Origin: a bacterium | GTDB taxonomy: Bacteria; UBA8248 | Direction: 5' to 3' | DNA length: 64,000 nt | Assembly: GCA_965213685.1 (NCBI GenBank) | Contig: CBDBZY010000044.1 | Location: 32,001-96,000, forward strand | Shown: one piece after another, positions 20,629-30,446 of the stretch | Position numbering within the stretch: the first letter of the stretch is position 1 | Layout: every line of letters starts with the position of its first letter | The notes under the pieces: model-generated | The model's input: the letters and a program-made list of their open reading frames with translations, nothing else | What the model was told of the DNA's origin: nothing | Database searches by the model: none | Made by a program: the position numbers and the translations under genes

Positions 20629-22236
20629 TTGAAAGAGCCGACCGCGAGAACCTCCCTGGCCGCCGGCCGCTCCCCCGTGTTCGCCGCCGGCGGCATGGTG
20701 GCCACCAGCCAGCCCCTGGCCGCCGAGGCGGGTCTCCACATCCTGAGAGAGGGCGGAAACGCCGTGGACGCTGCCATCGCGGCGGCCGCTGCGCTGAACG
20801 TGGTCGAGCCGCAGTCCACGGGGGTCGGCGGGGATATGTTCATGCTGTATTGGGATGCGGGCGGGCGCGCGCTCCTGGGTCTGAACGGCAGCGGAAGGAG
20901 TCCGGCGCGGGCCACGCTGTCGCGCTACCGGGAGTTCTCCTCCATGCCGGAGACGGGCGTTTATTCCTGCACCCTTCCGGGCGCCGTGGATGGCTGGTGC
21001 GCCGCCCACGAGCGGTGCGGCGGCGGCAAGATGCGCATGTCTGATCTGCTCCGGCCGGCGATCCGGTATGCGGAAGAGGGGTTTCCGCTCTCCCCCATCA
21101 TTGGGCGGGCGTGGGGGAGGCAGACGGAGAAGCTGAAAAGGTGCGCCTACTCGCGCCAAACCTACCTGCCCGCCGGCCGTCCCCCCAGAATCGGGGAGAG
21201 GTTCCGCAACCCGAGGCTGGCGGAATCGCTGCGGAAGATAGCCGACGGCGGCCGCGAGGCTTTCTATGAGGGCCCGATAGCGGAGGAGATCGTGCGCTAC
21301 ACCAGCGAGATCGGGGGGCTGTTCGCCCTGGAGGATTTCGCCGCCGTGAAATGCGCGTGGGTCGAGCCGATTCGCGTGAACTACCGCGGCCATGCGCTTT
21401 GCGAGATGCCGCCCCCGGGGCAGGGCCTCACGGCGTTGCTGTGCCTGAATCTCCTCGCCCCGTATCCTCTCTCGGAGATGCGCTACGGCTCGGCCGATCA
21501 TCTCCACCTGCTGATCGAGGCGATGAAGCTCGCCTTCTCGGACAGGGATCGCCATGTGGGGGATATGGAGAAGGCGGACGTCCCCCTGCGCGGGCTTCTC
21601 TCATCCGCATACGCCGATGCGCGGCGAGAACGCATTGACGAAAAAAGGGCGGGCATCCCCGCACCCGGAACCCCGCAAGCCTGGAGCGATACGATATATC
21701 TCGCGACCGCCGATTCCCAGGGCAACATGTGCTCGTTCATCAACAGCCTGTTCCATCATTTCGGCTCGGGCGTCACCGGCGGCGAGACGGGCGTCATGCT
21801 TCAGAACAGGGGCCACGGATTCGTGCTGGAGGAGGGGCACCCGAATTGCCTCGCGCCGAACAAGCGGCCCCTGCACACCATCATTCCCGGTTTCGTCATG
21901 AAAGCGGGGGAACCCTGGATGAGCTTCGGCGTCATGGGGGGCGACATGCAGCCGCAAGGCCACGTTCAGGTGCTCTCGAACATGGTGGATTTCGGGATGA
22001 ACGTCCAGGAGGCGATAGACGCCCCCCGCTTCCGCGTGCTGGGCGGCCGCGAGGTGGCGATAGAGGGCGGCGTGCCGGAGGCGGTGCTCCGGGAGCTGGA
22101 ATCGCGGGGACATCATGTCCGCCGCGCCGGCGGGTATGAGGGTTTCGGCGGAGGCCAGGGAATCGTGCGGCTGGACGATGGCGTGTTCATGGGCGGGTCG
22201 GATCATCGGAGGGATGGCTGCGCCGTCGGTTTCTAG
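20629..22236 (+). CDS. ggt: Gamma-glutamyltransferase (YwrD-like)
   Basis: GGNAVDAAIA, D/TIYL autoprocessing Thr, LQNRG, KRPLHTIIP, GVMGGDMQPQGH; TTG start after AAGGAG. Confidence 0.92.
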   Translation: MKEPTARTSLAAGRSPVFAAGGMVATSQPLAAEAGLHILREGGNAVDAAIAAAAALNVVEPQSTGVGGDMFMLYWDAGGRALLGLNGSGRSPARATLSRYREFSSMPETGVYSCTLPGAVDGWCAAHERCGGGKMRMSDLLRPAIRYAEEGFPLSPIIGRAWGRQTEKLKRCAYSRQTYLPAGRPPRIGERFRNPRLAESLRKIADGGREAFYEGPIAEEIVRYTSEIGGLFALEDFAAVKCAWVEPIRVNYRGHALCEMPPPGQGLTALLCLNLLAPYPLSEMRYGSADHLHLLIEAMKLAFSDRDRHVGDMEKADVPLRGLLSSAYADARRERIDEKRAGIPAPGTPQAWSDTIYLATADSQGNMCSFINSLFHHFGSGVTGGETGVMLQNRGHGFVLEEGHPNCLAPNKRPLHTIIPGFVMKAGEPWMSFGVMGGDMQPQGHVQVLSNMVDFGMNVQEAIDAPRFRVLGGREVAIEGGVPEAVLRELESRGHHVRRAGGYEGFGGGQGIVRLDDGVFMGGSDHRRDGCAVGF

Positions 22237-22276
22237 TCCCTCCGGACGCGCGCCCCGAAGCGGTTTGGATGGCGAT

Positions 22277-23143
22277 GTGAGACTTGTGGCCAAGAATCAT
22301 TTGCTGGCGGGGCTCCTGTGCCTGGGATTTTTTGGGGCGGGCGTCCAGCCGGCGGCGGGCGCGTCCGATTGTCCTCTCAGGGGGCGTCCGGTGGACGATG
22401 GCCGCTGGTTGCGGCGCGATTCCCCGCCATTGGAGATTCGCCGGATTCGCCTTCGGTTCGACGATGGCGCGACCTCGAGAATGACGGCGGTGCGGCTACA
22501 GCCCCGGCGGTTTGACGTCCGTCTGCACTGGCGAAAAAAATCGGCGTGGTTCGCCCCCCTCGACCTGGAGGGCCTGGGCAGGGAGCTGGGCGCAGCCGTC
22601 ATCCTCAACGCCGGCTATTACGACGCCGCCGGCCGCCCCCTCGGGTATTTTCGCTCCAACGGAAAAGTGTTCAACAGCCGCGTGTTGTATCGAGGACGCG
22701 GAATCGCCCTGCATTTCGGGGCGCTTTTCACCGTCGGGCAGAAGGAGGGGGAGGTCAGGATCGTTCCCCGCCAGAAGTTCCGGGACGCGCGCGTCCGGGA
22801 GGCGTTTCAGGCGGGGCCCCTCCTCGTGCGGGACGGCGAGCCCGTCCCGGGGCTGGGTCGATACCGCGAATATCGGCGGGCGGTGAGAAGAACGGTGATC
22901 GGGCTCGACGCGCGGGGCAGACTCCTCGTTCTGGTGAGCGAGGGCGAGACGCGCGGCATCTCCTGGTGCGAGCTGCAGGAATTCCTGGTGCGGCCCGAAC
23001 GAAGGGGGGGGCTCGGGGTCGTGGACGCCATGAACCTCGACGGAGGTGCCAGTTCGCAGCTTTGGGTGCGCACCGGGGGTTCCGGGGTGCATATCCCGGG
23101 CCGGACGGTGCCGGCGTTCCTCACCATCGCTCCCGGAAAATAA
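22277..23143 (+). CDS. Exported phosphodiester glycosidase (NAGPA/DUF2233) family protein
   Basis: Signal-like N-terminus; ILNAGYY, FQAGPLLVRDG, RTVIG and AMNLDGGASS. Start uncertain (GTG 22277 or 22286). Confidence 0.8.
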   Translation: MRLVAKNHLLAGLLCLGFFGAGVQPAAGASDCPLRGRPVDDGRWLRRDSPPLEIRRIRLRFDDGATSRMTAVRLQPRRFDVRLHWRKKSAWFAPLDLEGLGRELGAAVILNAGYYDAAGRPLGYFRSNGKVFNSRVLYRGRGIALHFGALFTVGQKEGEVRIVPRQKFRDARVREAFQAGPLLVRDGEPVPGLGRYREYRRAVRRTVIGLDARGRLLVLVSEGETRGISWCELQEFLVRPERRGGLGVVDAMNLDGGASSQLWVRTGGSGVHIPGRTVPAFLTIAPGK

Positions 23144-23225
23144 ACGGAGCCTCTCGTCCGGGGCGAGAGAGGGGGGGGGGGACGCGCGGGTTCGCGGGAT
23201 GCGAGAAGGGCGGAGGGGATGCCGG

Positions 23226-24011
23226 ATGCGGGACATGGAAGGAAAAATCGCCCTGGTGGCGGCCGGGAGCAAGGGCCTGGGGCGCGCCTCGGCTCTCAAG
23301 ATGGCGATGCGGGGAGCGCGCGTCGCCATCTGCTCGAGAGATGCGGCTTCCTGCGCGGAAGCCGCCCGGGACATCGCCGGGCGCGCCGGCGTGGAAACGT
23401 GGCACTGCGCGGCGGACGTGGGCACGCCGGAGGGCGTGCGGAAATTTGTCCGTGGCGCCGCATCCCATTTCGGCGGCGTGGACGTTCTGGTCTCCAATGC
23501 GGGAGGGCCTCCCCATGGGACGTTTGCGGATTTCGGGGACGACGCATGGCAAGGCGCGTTTGACCTGAACGTCATGAGCGCCGTGCGGCTCGTCCGGGAG
23601 GCCCTGCCCCACATGCGGGAGCGCGGCGGCGGAAGAATCCTGTTCATCCTCTCCACCTCCGTCCGAGAGCCCATAGACGATCTGCTGCTCTCCAACGTCA
23701 TGCGCCCCGCCGTGGCCGGCCTGGCGAAGTCGCTGTCCCGCGCACTGGGTGCGGAGAACATTCTGGTCAACGTGGTGATGCCCGGCGTGATCGATACGGA
23801 GCGCTCCCGAAGGGGCAGGGAGGCCGCCGCGCGGCGGATGGGGATTTCCCTGGAGGAGTCCTTGGCGATCGCGGAAAGCGGCGTGCCGCTGGGACGGATC
23901 GGGGAGCCGGAGGAGTTCGGCGCGATGGTGGCGTTTCTGGCGTCGCCCGAGGCCAGCTATGTCTCCGGCGGGGTGTTCGCCGTTGACGGCGGCCGCCTGC
24001 GGGGGATATGA
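23226..24011 (+). CDS. SDR-family oxidoreductase
   Basis: ALVAAGSKGLG, VSNAGGP, SNVMR (atypical active site), PLGRIGEPEE and VDGG. Confidence 0.88.
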   Translation: MRDMEGKIALVAAGSKGLGRASALKMAMRGARVAICSRDAASCAEAARDIAGRAGVETWHCAADVGTPEGVRKFVRGAASHFGGVDVLVSNAGGPPHGTFADFGDDAWQGAFDLNVMSAVRLVREALPHMRERGGGRILFILSTSVREPIDDLLLSNVMRPAVAGLAKSLSRALGAENILVNVVMPGVIDTERSRRGREAAARRMGISLEESLAIAESGVPLGRIGEPEEFGAMVAFLASPEASYVSGGVFAVDGGRLRGI

Positions 24012-24148
24012 CGAGCCGAACGCGCGGCCGGGCGCGGATTGGAAGAAGAAATCATGCGGCCGACGGCGGAAAAGAGCGTTTCGTGTGCCGCACCGGTTGT
24101 GCGGAGAGAGATGAAAAAAGAAAGAGACCGTTCCGGGGATGATCTTGC

Positions 24149-25447
24149 ATGAGGGATGGGCAGAACAAATTGCGGGCTGAGGACCGCTCCGTTCACGAAT
24201 GGTATCGGTTCGTTCTGTCGTTTCCGCCGCACCTCGTCCGCGATTATGCGGTCCGGTTCGGCGTCGGTTCGTCCGATACGGTGCTCGATCCTTTTTGCGG
24301 AACGGGGACGACTCTGGTGGAATGCAAGAAACTCGGGATCCGCAGCGTCGGAATTGAATCGAACCCGATGGCGCATTTCGCGAGCGCGGTGAAGACGGAC
24401 TGGTCTGCGGCGCCCGCAGCACTCTTGCGTTATGCCGATGAAGTGGCGTCGGCGGCGAGAAAAAAGCTCCAGCGCGCAGGTTGCGACGATGCGGGGGATG
24501 CGCGTCTCCCCTCGGCTCCGGCGCAGGTTTCCTGCTCCTCGCTGCGCTCGCTTCCGCCCGAGCGGTCGGGACTGTTGCTGAAAAATTCGATTAGCCCGCT
24601 TCCGCTCCACAAGACGCTGACGTTGCTGGACGCCATCGACCGGTGCGGAAAGGATCGGGAGCGGCGATATGGTCGCATTGCGCTTGCGAACGCCCTCGTC
24701 CGCCGTTTCAGCAATTTGAAATTTGGCCCCGAAGTGGGAGTCGGCAAAATGAAACGGGACGTTCCGGCTGTAGACGGTTGGCTCGAAGGCATGCGCGCGA
24801 TCGCGCGGGACCTGGATGCGCACAAGGGACGAGCCGAGGTTCCGGCCCGTGTTTTGGGAGCTGACTCCAGGGATGCCGGTCAGCTGCTTGCGCCGGAATC
24901 GGTCAATGCCGTGATCACCTCCCCGCCATACCCGAACGAAAAGGATTATACGCGAGCCACGAGGCTGGAGTCCGTCCTCCTCGGATTCATACGCGACAAG
25001 AAGGAATTGCGGGAAGTGAAGCGGAATCTCGTCCGGTCGAATACGCGGGGGGTGTACAAATCCGATACGGACGATCATGAGGTCATGGGCCATGCTGAAA
25101 TCCGGCGGATTGCCGAGGCCATCGAGAAGCGCCGGATGGAGTTGGGGAAAACTTCCGGCTTCGAACGCCTGTATCCGCGCGTCGCGCAACTGTATTTCGG
25201 CGGAATGTTCCGGCATCTCGCATCTTTGCGTTCCGTGCTCAAACCGGGCGCAAAACTCGCTTATGTGGTCGGGGACCAGGCGTCTTACCTGAGAGTTATG
25301 ATTCGGACGGGAGAACTTCTCGCTGATCTCGCCACATCGTTAGACTACAGGGTTTTGGGTATGGATCTGTTTCGGACGCGACCGTCAACCGTCTCGGGAG
25401 CGGAACTACGGGAAGAAGTCGTCTTGCTGGAATGGCCCGGCAGCTGA
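24149..25447 (+). CDS. DNA methyltransferase, probably N4-cytosine, alpha-type motif order
   Basis: N-terminal VLDPFCGTGTT (motif I), long central region, VITSPPY (motif IV), LKPGAKLAYVVGD and LREEV. Confidence 0.88.
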   Translation: MRDGQNKLRAEDRSVHEWYRFVLSFPPHLVRDYAVRFGVGSSDTVLDPFCGTGTTLVECKKLGIRSVGIESNPMAHFASAVKTDWSAAPAALLRYADEVASAARKKLQRAGCDDAGDARLPSAPAQVSCSSLRSLPPERSGLLLKNSISPLPLHKTLTLLDAIDRCGKDRERRYGRIALANALVRRFSNLKFGPEVGVGKMKRDVPAVDGWLEGMRAIARDLDAHKGRAEVPARVLGADSRDAGQLLAPESVNAVITSPPYPNEKDYTRATRLESVLLGFIRDKKELREVKRNLVRSNTRGVYKSDTDDHEVMGHAEIRRIAEAIEKRRMELGKTSGFERLYPRVAQLYFGGMFRHLASLRSVLKPGAKLAYVVGDQASYLRVMIRTGELLADLATSLDYRVLGMDLFRTRPSTVSGAELREEVVLLEWPGS

Positions 25448-25516
25448 ATCAGTCGGAGGGATGGCGCATTTCCTCGTTGCGGCTGCTTCCGAACGGAACG
25501 TCCCGGTTCCAAAGAA

Positions 25517-25801
25517 CATCACTACGTTATTCCCGTTCAGGCGAAGGGAGGGAATGACCGCCTGAGCAGAATACAGATCGAACAGGACATGGCGTTTTGT
25601 ATGGACAAATTGCCATTTCTGATATGTCGGCCAATCGGAGCGCAACTCATGCAAGACGACTTGATCGCGCTTTTCGAGTTTGAGCAGGACGGCGAGGACG
25701 TCAAGATAGCGTCGGAAAGACATTATCGCCTCGTCCCTCCGGACGGGGTAAGCGCGGCGGACCTTTTGAGGTATCGGCGGCGATCCTCCGCGGACTCTTG
25801 A
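25517..25801 (+). pseudogene. 3' remnant of a putative PD-(D/E)xK restriction endonuclease
   Basis: Frame reads HHYVIPVQAKGGNDRLSRIQIEQDMAFC...RHYRLVPP with a QAK motif. No start codon precedes it in frame after the MTase stop, so the N-terminal part is missing. Confidence 0.65.
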
Positions 25802-28662
25802 TGGAAGACATCCGGATCGAAGGCGCCAGGGAGCATAACCTGAAGGACATCTCGCTACGTCTCCCGCGCGAGCGGTTCATCGTCGTCACGGGCCCGAGCG
25901 GTTCGGGGAAATCCTCCCTGGCGTTCGACACCATATACGCCGAAGGCCACCGCCGATACGTGGAGAGCTTGTCCACCTATGCGCGGCAGTTTCTGGAGCG
26001 TGTGGACAAGCCCGACGTGGACTACATTGAGGGCATCAGTCCCGCCATCGCCATCGAGCAGTACAACCCGGTGAATCATTCCCGCTCCACGGTGGCCACC
26101 GCCTCGGAGATTTATGATTATCTGCGCCTCCTCTTTGCGAAGGCGGGAAAGATTCATTGCCCGGATTGCGGCGGGGAGGTCTCTCCCGCCACGGTCGACG
26201 GTGCGGTCGCGCGGTTGCTGAACGACCATCCGGACGCGCGGGGTTTTCTGCTTTTCCCCGTGGAGCTAGGTGAAGCCGGCGAACGGGAGGATGCGCTGGC
26301 GTCCCTGCTGGCACAGGGATACGTCCGCGTCATGGTGGATGATGAAATTATCGACATCGGCCCCGCCCTTCTGGAGAGGCTGAAAGAAGAGGAGGCCGCA
26401 CCCGCGCGGCCCGACGCCCGGAAGCGGGGTCGCCCGCCCCGGAGAAAGCCCGGGGAGGAAGTCTCCGCACCGCAAAGGAGTCGCGCGGTTCGGGTCGTGG
26501 TGGACCGCCTGCGGTTCTCCCCGAAAATCCGCGCGCGCCTGGGCGAGTCCCTGGAGACGGCGTTTCGGGAGGGCGGCGGCGTGGCCGAGGTGCAGCTGGT
26601 GGACGGGCCGAGGCTCCGCTTCAGCCAGAAGCTGGAATGCTGCGGCCGCGCCTTTGAGCCGCCCGTTCCCCACACGTTCAGCTTCAACAACCCGAACGGG
26701 GCGTGCCCGGAGTGCGGGGGGTTCGGGAACACGCTGCGCTTTGATGAATCGCTGATCGTTCCGGACGCGCGGAAAACGCTCGCCCAGGGGGCGGTGGAGC
26801 CCTGGACGAGGCCCCGCTACCGCCGGTATTTCGGCCAGCAGCTGCAGGACGCCGCAGCGGAAGAGGGCCTGGACATACACGTTCCCTGGGAGCGGATGTC
26901 CAGGCGCCAAAAGAAAATGGTGCTGGAGGGATCAGACAAGCTCCTGGGGTTGTATCCGTTTTTCGAGAGGCTGAAGAGAAGAAAATACAAGGTTTGGGTG
27001 CGCGTCATGATCCGGCGCTACCAGAGCCTGCAGGAATGCGCTTCGTGCAGGCGCGCGCGCCTGCGCCCCGAGGCGTTGTGGATACGATGGGGCGCGCACA
27101 CCATCGCCGATGTTTGCGCCATGTCGGTCAGCGCGTTGCGAGCGTATTTTCAGGCCCCGCCGCCCACGCCGGAGCAGGACGCGCGCGCCGGGGAAATTCT
27201 CCAGCAGGTGCGGGATCGTCTCGATTTTTTGTACAAGGTGGGCCTGGAGTATCTGACCCTGGACAGGGAGACCCGAACCCTGAGCGGCGGGGAGCATCAG
27301 AGGATCAACCTGGCGAACCAGCTGGGCGCCCATCTCACGGGCACGCTCTACGTTCTGGATGAGCCGACCATCGGCTTGCACCCGAGGGACAACGCGCGTC
27401 TGGTGGGAATTCTCAAGGATTTGGTGGACAGGGGGAACACCCTGCTCGTGGTGGAGCATGACCGCGACGTCATCCACGCGGCGGACCATGTGGTGGACCT
27501 GGGCCCTGGGGCGGGCGAGCGCGGCGGCGAGGTCGTTTTTTCCGGCCCCCGAAAGGAGTTGACCGAGTGCGAAAAATCGGTGACGGCGAAATTCCTGAAC
27601 GGCGAGCGGGAAGTCCGCCCCAGAAGAATCAAGCGGGGGGCGGATGAGAACGGCTCCCGTCTCTCCTTGTGGGGAGCGGAGGAAAACAACCTCAAGAAGG
27701 TGAACCTCCACGTTCCCCTGGGGCGTTTGGTGGCGATCACGGGCGTGTCCGGCTCCGGCAAGAGCACGCTGATACACGACACGCTCTACCCGGCGCTGGC
27801 GCGGATTCTCCATGAAGCGAAAGGCCCCATCGGCCGTTTTCAGCGGATACAGGGGTTTGAGGCCCTCGATTCCGTCGTGCTGCTCGACCAGAGCCCCATC
27901 GGGAAGAGCCCGAGGAGCAACCCCATCACGTATCTGAAGGCGTACGACGCCATTCGCCGGCTGTTCGCCGAATCGCCCCGCGCCAGGCATATGGGCTACG
28001 GCCCCGGCCACTTTTCGTTCAACGCCGTCGGGGGAAGGTGCGAGTCCTGCGCGGGAAGCGGGATACGGAAGGTAGAGATGCACTTCATGGCCGACCTGTT
28101 CATCCGCTGTCCGGACTGCGAGGGCAGGCGCTTCAAGCCCCAGACCCTGGAGGTCGAATACAAGGGAAAAAACATTCACGACGTCTTGAGCCTCACCGTG
28201 GACGAGGCCATGCTGTTCTTCGATCACGTGCCGTCGGTGCTGAACAAGTTGCTGATTCTCCGGGATGTGGGATTGAACTATCTGCGGATCGGACAACCGG
28301 TGAATACGTTGTCCGGAGGCGAGGCCCAGCGCCTGAAAATTGCGAGCCAGCTCGCCGCCCGCCCGCCTCGGGACGTGATGTATCTCATGGACGAGCCGAC
28401 GACGGGGCTGCATTTTCAGGACGTGGAGCGACTGCTGAACGTCCTCACGCGCCTGGTGGGGCTCGGGAACACCGTCGTCGTCATCGAACACAATCTGGAC
28501 GTGATCCGCTCCGCCGAATGGGTGATCGACCTCGGCCCCGAGGGGGGGGACGCGGGCGGCCGCATCGTCGCCGAGGGGCCGCCCGACGCGATCGCCCGAA
28601 CTGCCGGGTCCCACACCGGCCGGTTCCTGAGGGATTATTTCGAGAAGGCGAAGGCGGGCTGA
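25801..28662 (+). CDS. uvrA: Excinuclease ABC subunit A (possibly a second paralog)
   Basis: GAREHNLK, GPSGSGKSSLAFDTIYAEG, LSGGEHQRI, GVSGSGKST, LSGGEAQRLK and Zn-finger CxxC motifs. Confidence 0.95.
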   Translation: MEDIRIEGAREHNLKDISLRLPRERFIVVTGPSGSGKSSLAFDTIYAEGHRRYVESLSTYARQFLERVDKPDVDYIEGISPAIAIEQYNPVNHSRSTVATASEIYDYLRLLFAKAGKIHCPDCGGEVSPATVDGAVARLLNDHPDARGFLLFPVELGEAGEREDALASLLAQGYVRVMVDDEIIDIGPALLERLKEEEAAPARPDARKRGRPPRRKPGEEVSAPQRSRAVRVVVDRLRFSPKIRARLGESLETAFREGGGVAEVQLVDGPRLRFSQKLECCGRAFEPPVPHTFSFNNPNGACPECGGFGNTLRFDESLIVPDARKTLAQGAVEPWTRPRYRRYFGQQLQDAAAEEGLDIHVPWERMSRRQKKMVLEGSDKLLGLYPFFERLKRRKYKVWVRVMIRRYQSLQECASCRRARLRPEALWIRWGAHTIADVCAMSVSALRAYFQAPPPTPEQDARAGEILQQVRDRLDFLYKVGLEYLTLDRETRTLSGGEHQRINLANQLGAHLTGTLYVLDEPTIGLHPRDNARLVGILKDLVDRGNTLLVVEHDRDVIHAADHVVDLGPGAGERGGEVVFSGPRKELTECEKSVTAKFLNGEREVRPRRIKRGADENGSRLSLWGAEENNLKKVNLHVPLGRLVAITGVSGSGKSTLIHDTLYPALARILHEAKGPIGRFQRIQGFEALDSVVLLDQSPIGKSPRSNPITYLKAYDAIRRLFAESPRARHMGYGPGHFSFNAVGGRCESCAGSGIRKVEMHFMADLFIRCPDCEGRRFKPQTLEVEYKGKNIHDVLSLTVDEAMLFFDHVPSVLNKLLILRDVGLNYLRIGQPVNTLSGGEAQRLKIASQLAARPPRDVMYLMDEPTTGLHFQDVERLLNVLTRLVGLGNTVVVIEHNLDVIRSAEWVIDLGPEGGDAGGRIVAEGPPDAIARTAGSHTGRFLRDYFEKAKAG

Positions 28663-29846
28663 TCATTCTCGAACGGCTCCCGACGTCCCGGAGGGTTCTG
28701 CTCCTCGCCGCGCTTTGCGCGCTCTCGCTGTTCGTCTCGTCGCGATTCGCGCCGCACCTCCGGCACCCCGTGGATTCCCTCCTGCTCGCGCAGGGCATGG
28801 TCGACGGCGCGCGCGGCGGCTGGCTCTCCGCCCTGACGCGCAAGCCGGGGAGAACGGAAATCGCGCTGACCGGGGTCGCGGCGGATTTGTATTCTCCGGG
28901 AGATTCGCCGCACTGGGGCACCGCCCCTTCACGGGGGTGCGTCGTCCTCGTCCACGGAATGAGCGCGGCGGGAAGGCGGGATCATCGGCTGGTGGCGTTC
29001 GCCGAGGCTCTGGCGCGGCTCGGATTCTCCGCCGTCGTCCCCGATCTGCCTGGCATGAAAAGGTTCCGGCCCGCAGAGGCGGACGTCGCCCGCATCGAGG
29101 AGACGTTCCGGTGGATGGCGGGCGGCGGCCAGGCCTCTTTCGTCAGGTGCGGCCTTCTGGCGTTTTCCTTTGGGGCGGGGCCGGCCCTGCGCGCGGCGGC
29201 CAGGCCGGGCGTCCGGGACAGGATGGCCGCTTTTGTCGGCGTGGGGGCGTTTTACGACCTGAAAAACGTGCTGAAGCACCTCACCACGAGCGGCGGGGAG
29301 GACAAGCCCGCCTTCCCGGGAGCACCACCGATCCGGCACGGAAAATGGCTTTTTCTTCTCTCCAACGCCAGGCTCCTGGGGCTGGAGGCTTTCCAGGACG
29401 AGATAGGCCGGATCGTCGCGAGGAAGCGAAAAGAGGAGGAGGCGGACACGACGGATTTGCAGGAGCGTTTGCCGGAGGGTGCGCGCGCGCTCATCGCCTT
29501 GCTGGAGAACAAGGACCCCCGGCGCTTCGAGGCGCTCTACGCGCGGCAGGGCGCCGGGCGGCGGAAGCGTCTGCGAGGGTGGAGCATGCGCGACGTCCTC
29601 CCGAAGGTGGGGGGGCGGAAGTTTTTTCTGCACGGGCGGGACGACCCGTTTGTTCCGGCGTCCGAGAGCCTCCTGTTGGCGAATCGCGCCAGAGAGACGT
29701 CGGAGGATGCGGTTTTCTCGCTCATCCTGGAGGGGTTTCGGCACGTGGGGATGGCCAGGGGGGGCGCCCTCTCCCCCCGGAAAATGTGGGAAGGCGCGCG
29801 ATTCCTGGGGTTCGTCTCCGCCGTGCTGAGCGCGCTGGAGAGATGA
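28659..29846 (+). CDS. Membrane-anchored or exported alpha/beta hydrolase
   Basis: VLVHGM, AFSFG nucleophile elbow, FLHGRDDPFVP and GFRH. Start uncertain (CTG 28659, GTG 28770 or ATG 28797). Confidence 0.7.
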   Translation: MIILERLPTSRRVLLLAALCALSLFVSSRFAPHLRHPVDSLLLAQGMVDGARGGWLSALTRKPGRTEIALTGVAADLYSPGDSPHWGTAPSRGCVVLVHGMSAAGRRDHRLVAFAEALARLGFSAVVPDLPGMKRFRPAEADVARIEETFRWMAGGGQASFVRCGLLAFSFGAGPALRAAARPGVRDRMAAFVGVGAFYDLKNVLKHLTTSGGEDKPAFPGAPPIRHGKWLFLLSNARLLGLEAFQDEIGRIVARKRKEEEADTTDLQERLPEGARALIALLENKDPRRFEALYARQGAGRRKRLRGWSMRDVLPKVGGRKFFLHGRDDPFVPASESLLLANRARETSEDAVFSLILEGFRHVGMARGGALSPRKMWEGARFLGFVSAVLSALER

Positions 29847-29941
29847 TGGCCGCGGCGTCTTTTCCCGGATCCGCATGGCGGGACGGGGAGGTGATGTAGT
29901 ACGCTGCGCGACGATTCCGCCTGCCCGAGGAGAGCGTCGCC

Positions 29942-30409
29942 ATGTCTGGGGAAACTGCTTCGGAGCCCGTCGTCCGGGTGGTGCGGGCGCGGTGGAGAGG
30001 GGATTTGCGGGCGGAGATGCGGGCGCGCGATTGTCCGCCGTTTTCGAGTGATGAGCCCAAGGAGCGGGGCGGCCTGTTCGAGCATCCCACCCCCGCCGAG
30101 TATGCGGTGGGCGCCTTGACGGGCTGCGGCGCGGCGCATGTGGAGATGTTCGCCAAGGAGGTGGGGATGCCGCTCGAGGATTGCCGGGTGGAGGGGAGGC
30201 TCGCGATGGGCCGCTTTGCGCCCGATGATCCGCGCGCCCGAAACGGAGGCGTCACCGGCGTGGTGCTGGACATTTTCGTGACCTCCACGGGCTCCGCAGC
30301 GCAGCTCGAGGAGGTGAAGAAGAAGTTTCGGGCGGGATGTATCCTGTATTTGTTCATGAGCGCGGCGACGCAGGTGGAGGATGAATGGATTCTGAGCCGG
30401 CCGGCATAG
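29942..30409 (+). CDS. OsmC/Ohr-like protein
   Basis: SDEPKERGG..PTPAEYAVGALTGC plus a second Cys (AGCIL). Confidence 0.8.
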   Translation: MSGETASEPVVRVVRARWRGDLRAEMRARDCPPFSSDEPKERGGLFEHPTPAEYAVGALTGCGAAHVEMFAKEVGMPLEDCRVEGRLAMGRFAPDDPRARNGGVTGVVLDIFVTSTGSAAQLEEVKKKFRAGCILYLFMSAATQVEDEWILSRPA

Positions 30410-30446
30410 CGTCTTTCGGCCATTTCACGAACACCGGAAAGCGTTG

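Noticed and set aside
24111-24152. 13-codon ORF (MKKERDRSGDDLA) overlapping the MTase start
   Set aside because: Too short to support; it could be a coupling leader or an eroded N-terminus, but there is no further evidence.
25445-25447. MTase TGA in frame with the nuclease stub as a readthrough or Sec codon
   Set aside because: No redox motif or convincing SECIS; the MTase ends at a typical C-terminus and the next about 23 codons look non-coding.
29942-30409. OsmC-like protein checked for selenocysteine
   Set aside because: Both conserved positions are Cys codons and there is no in-frame TGA.
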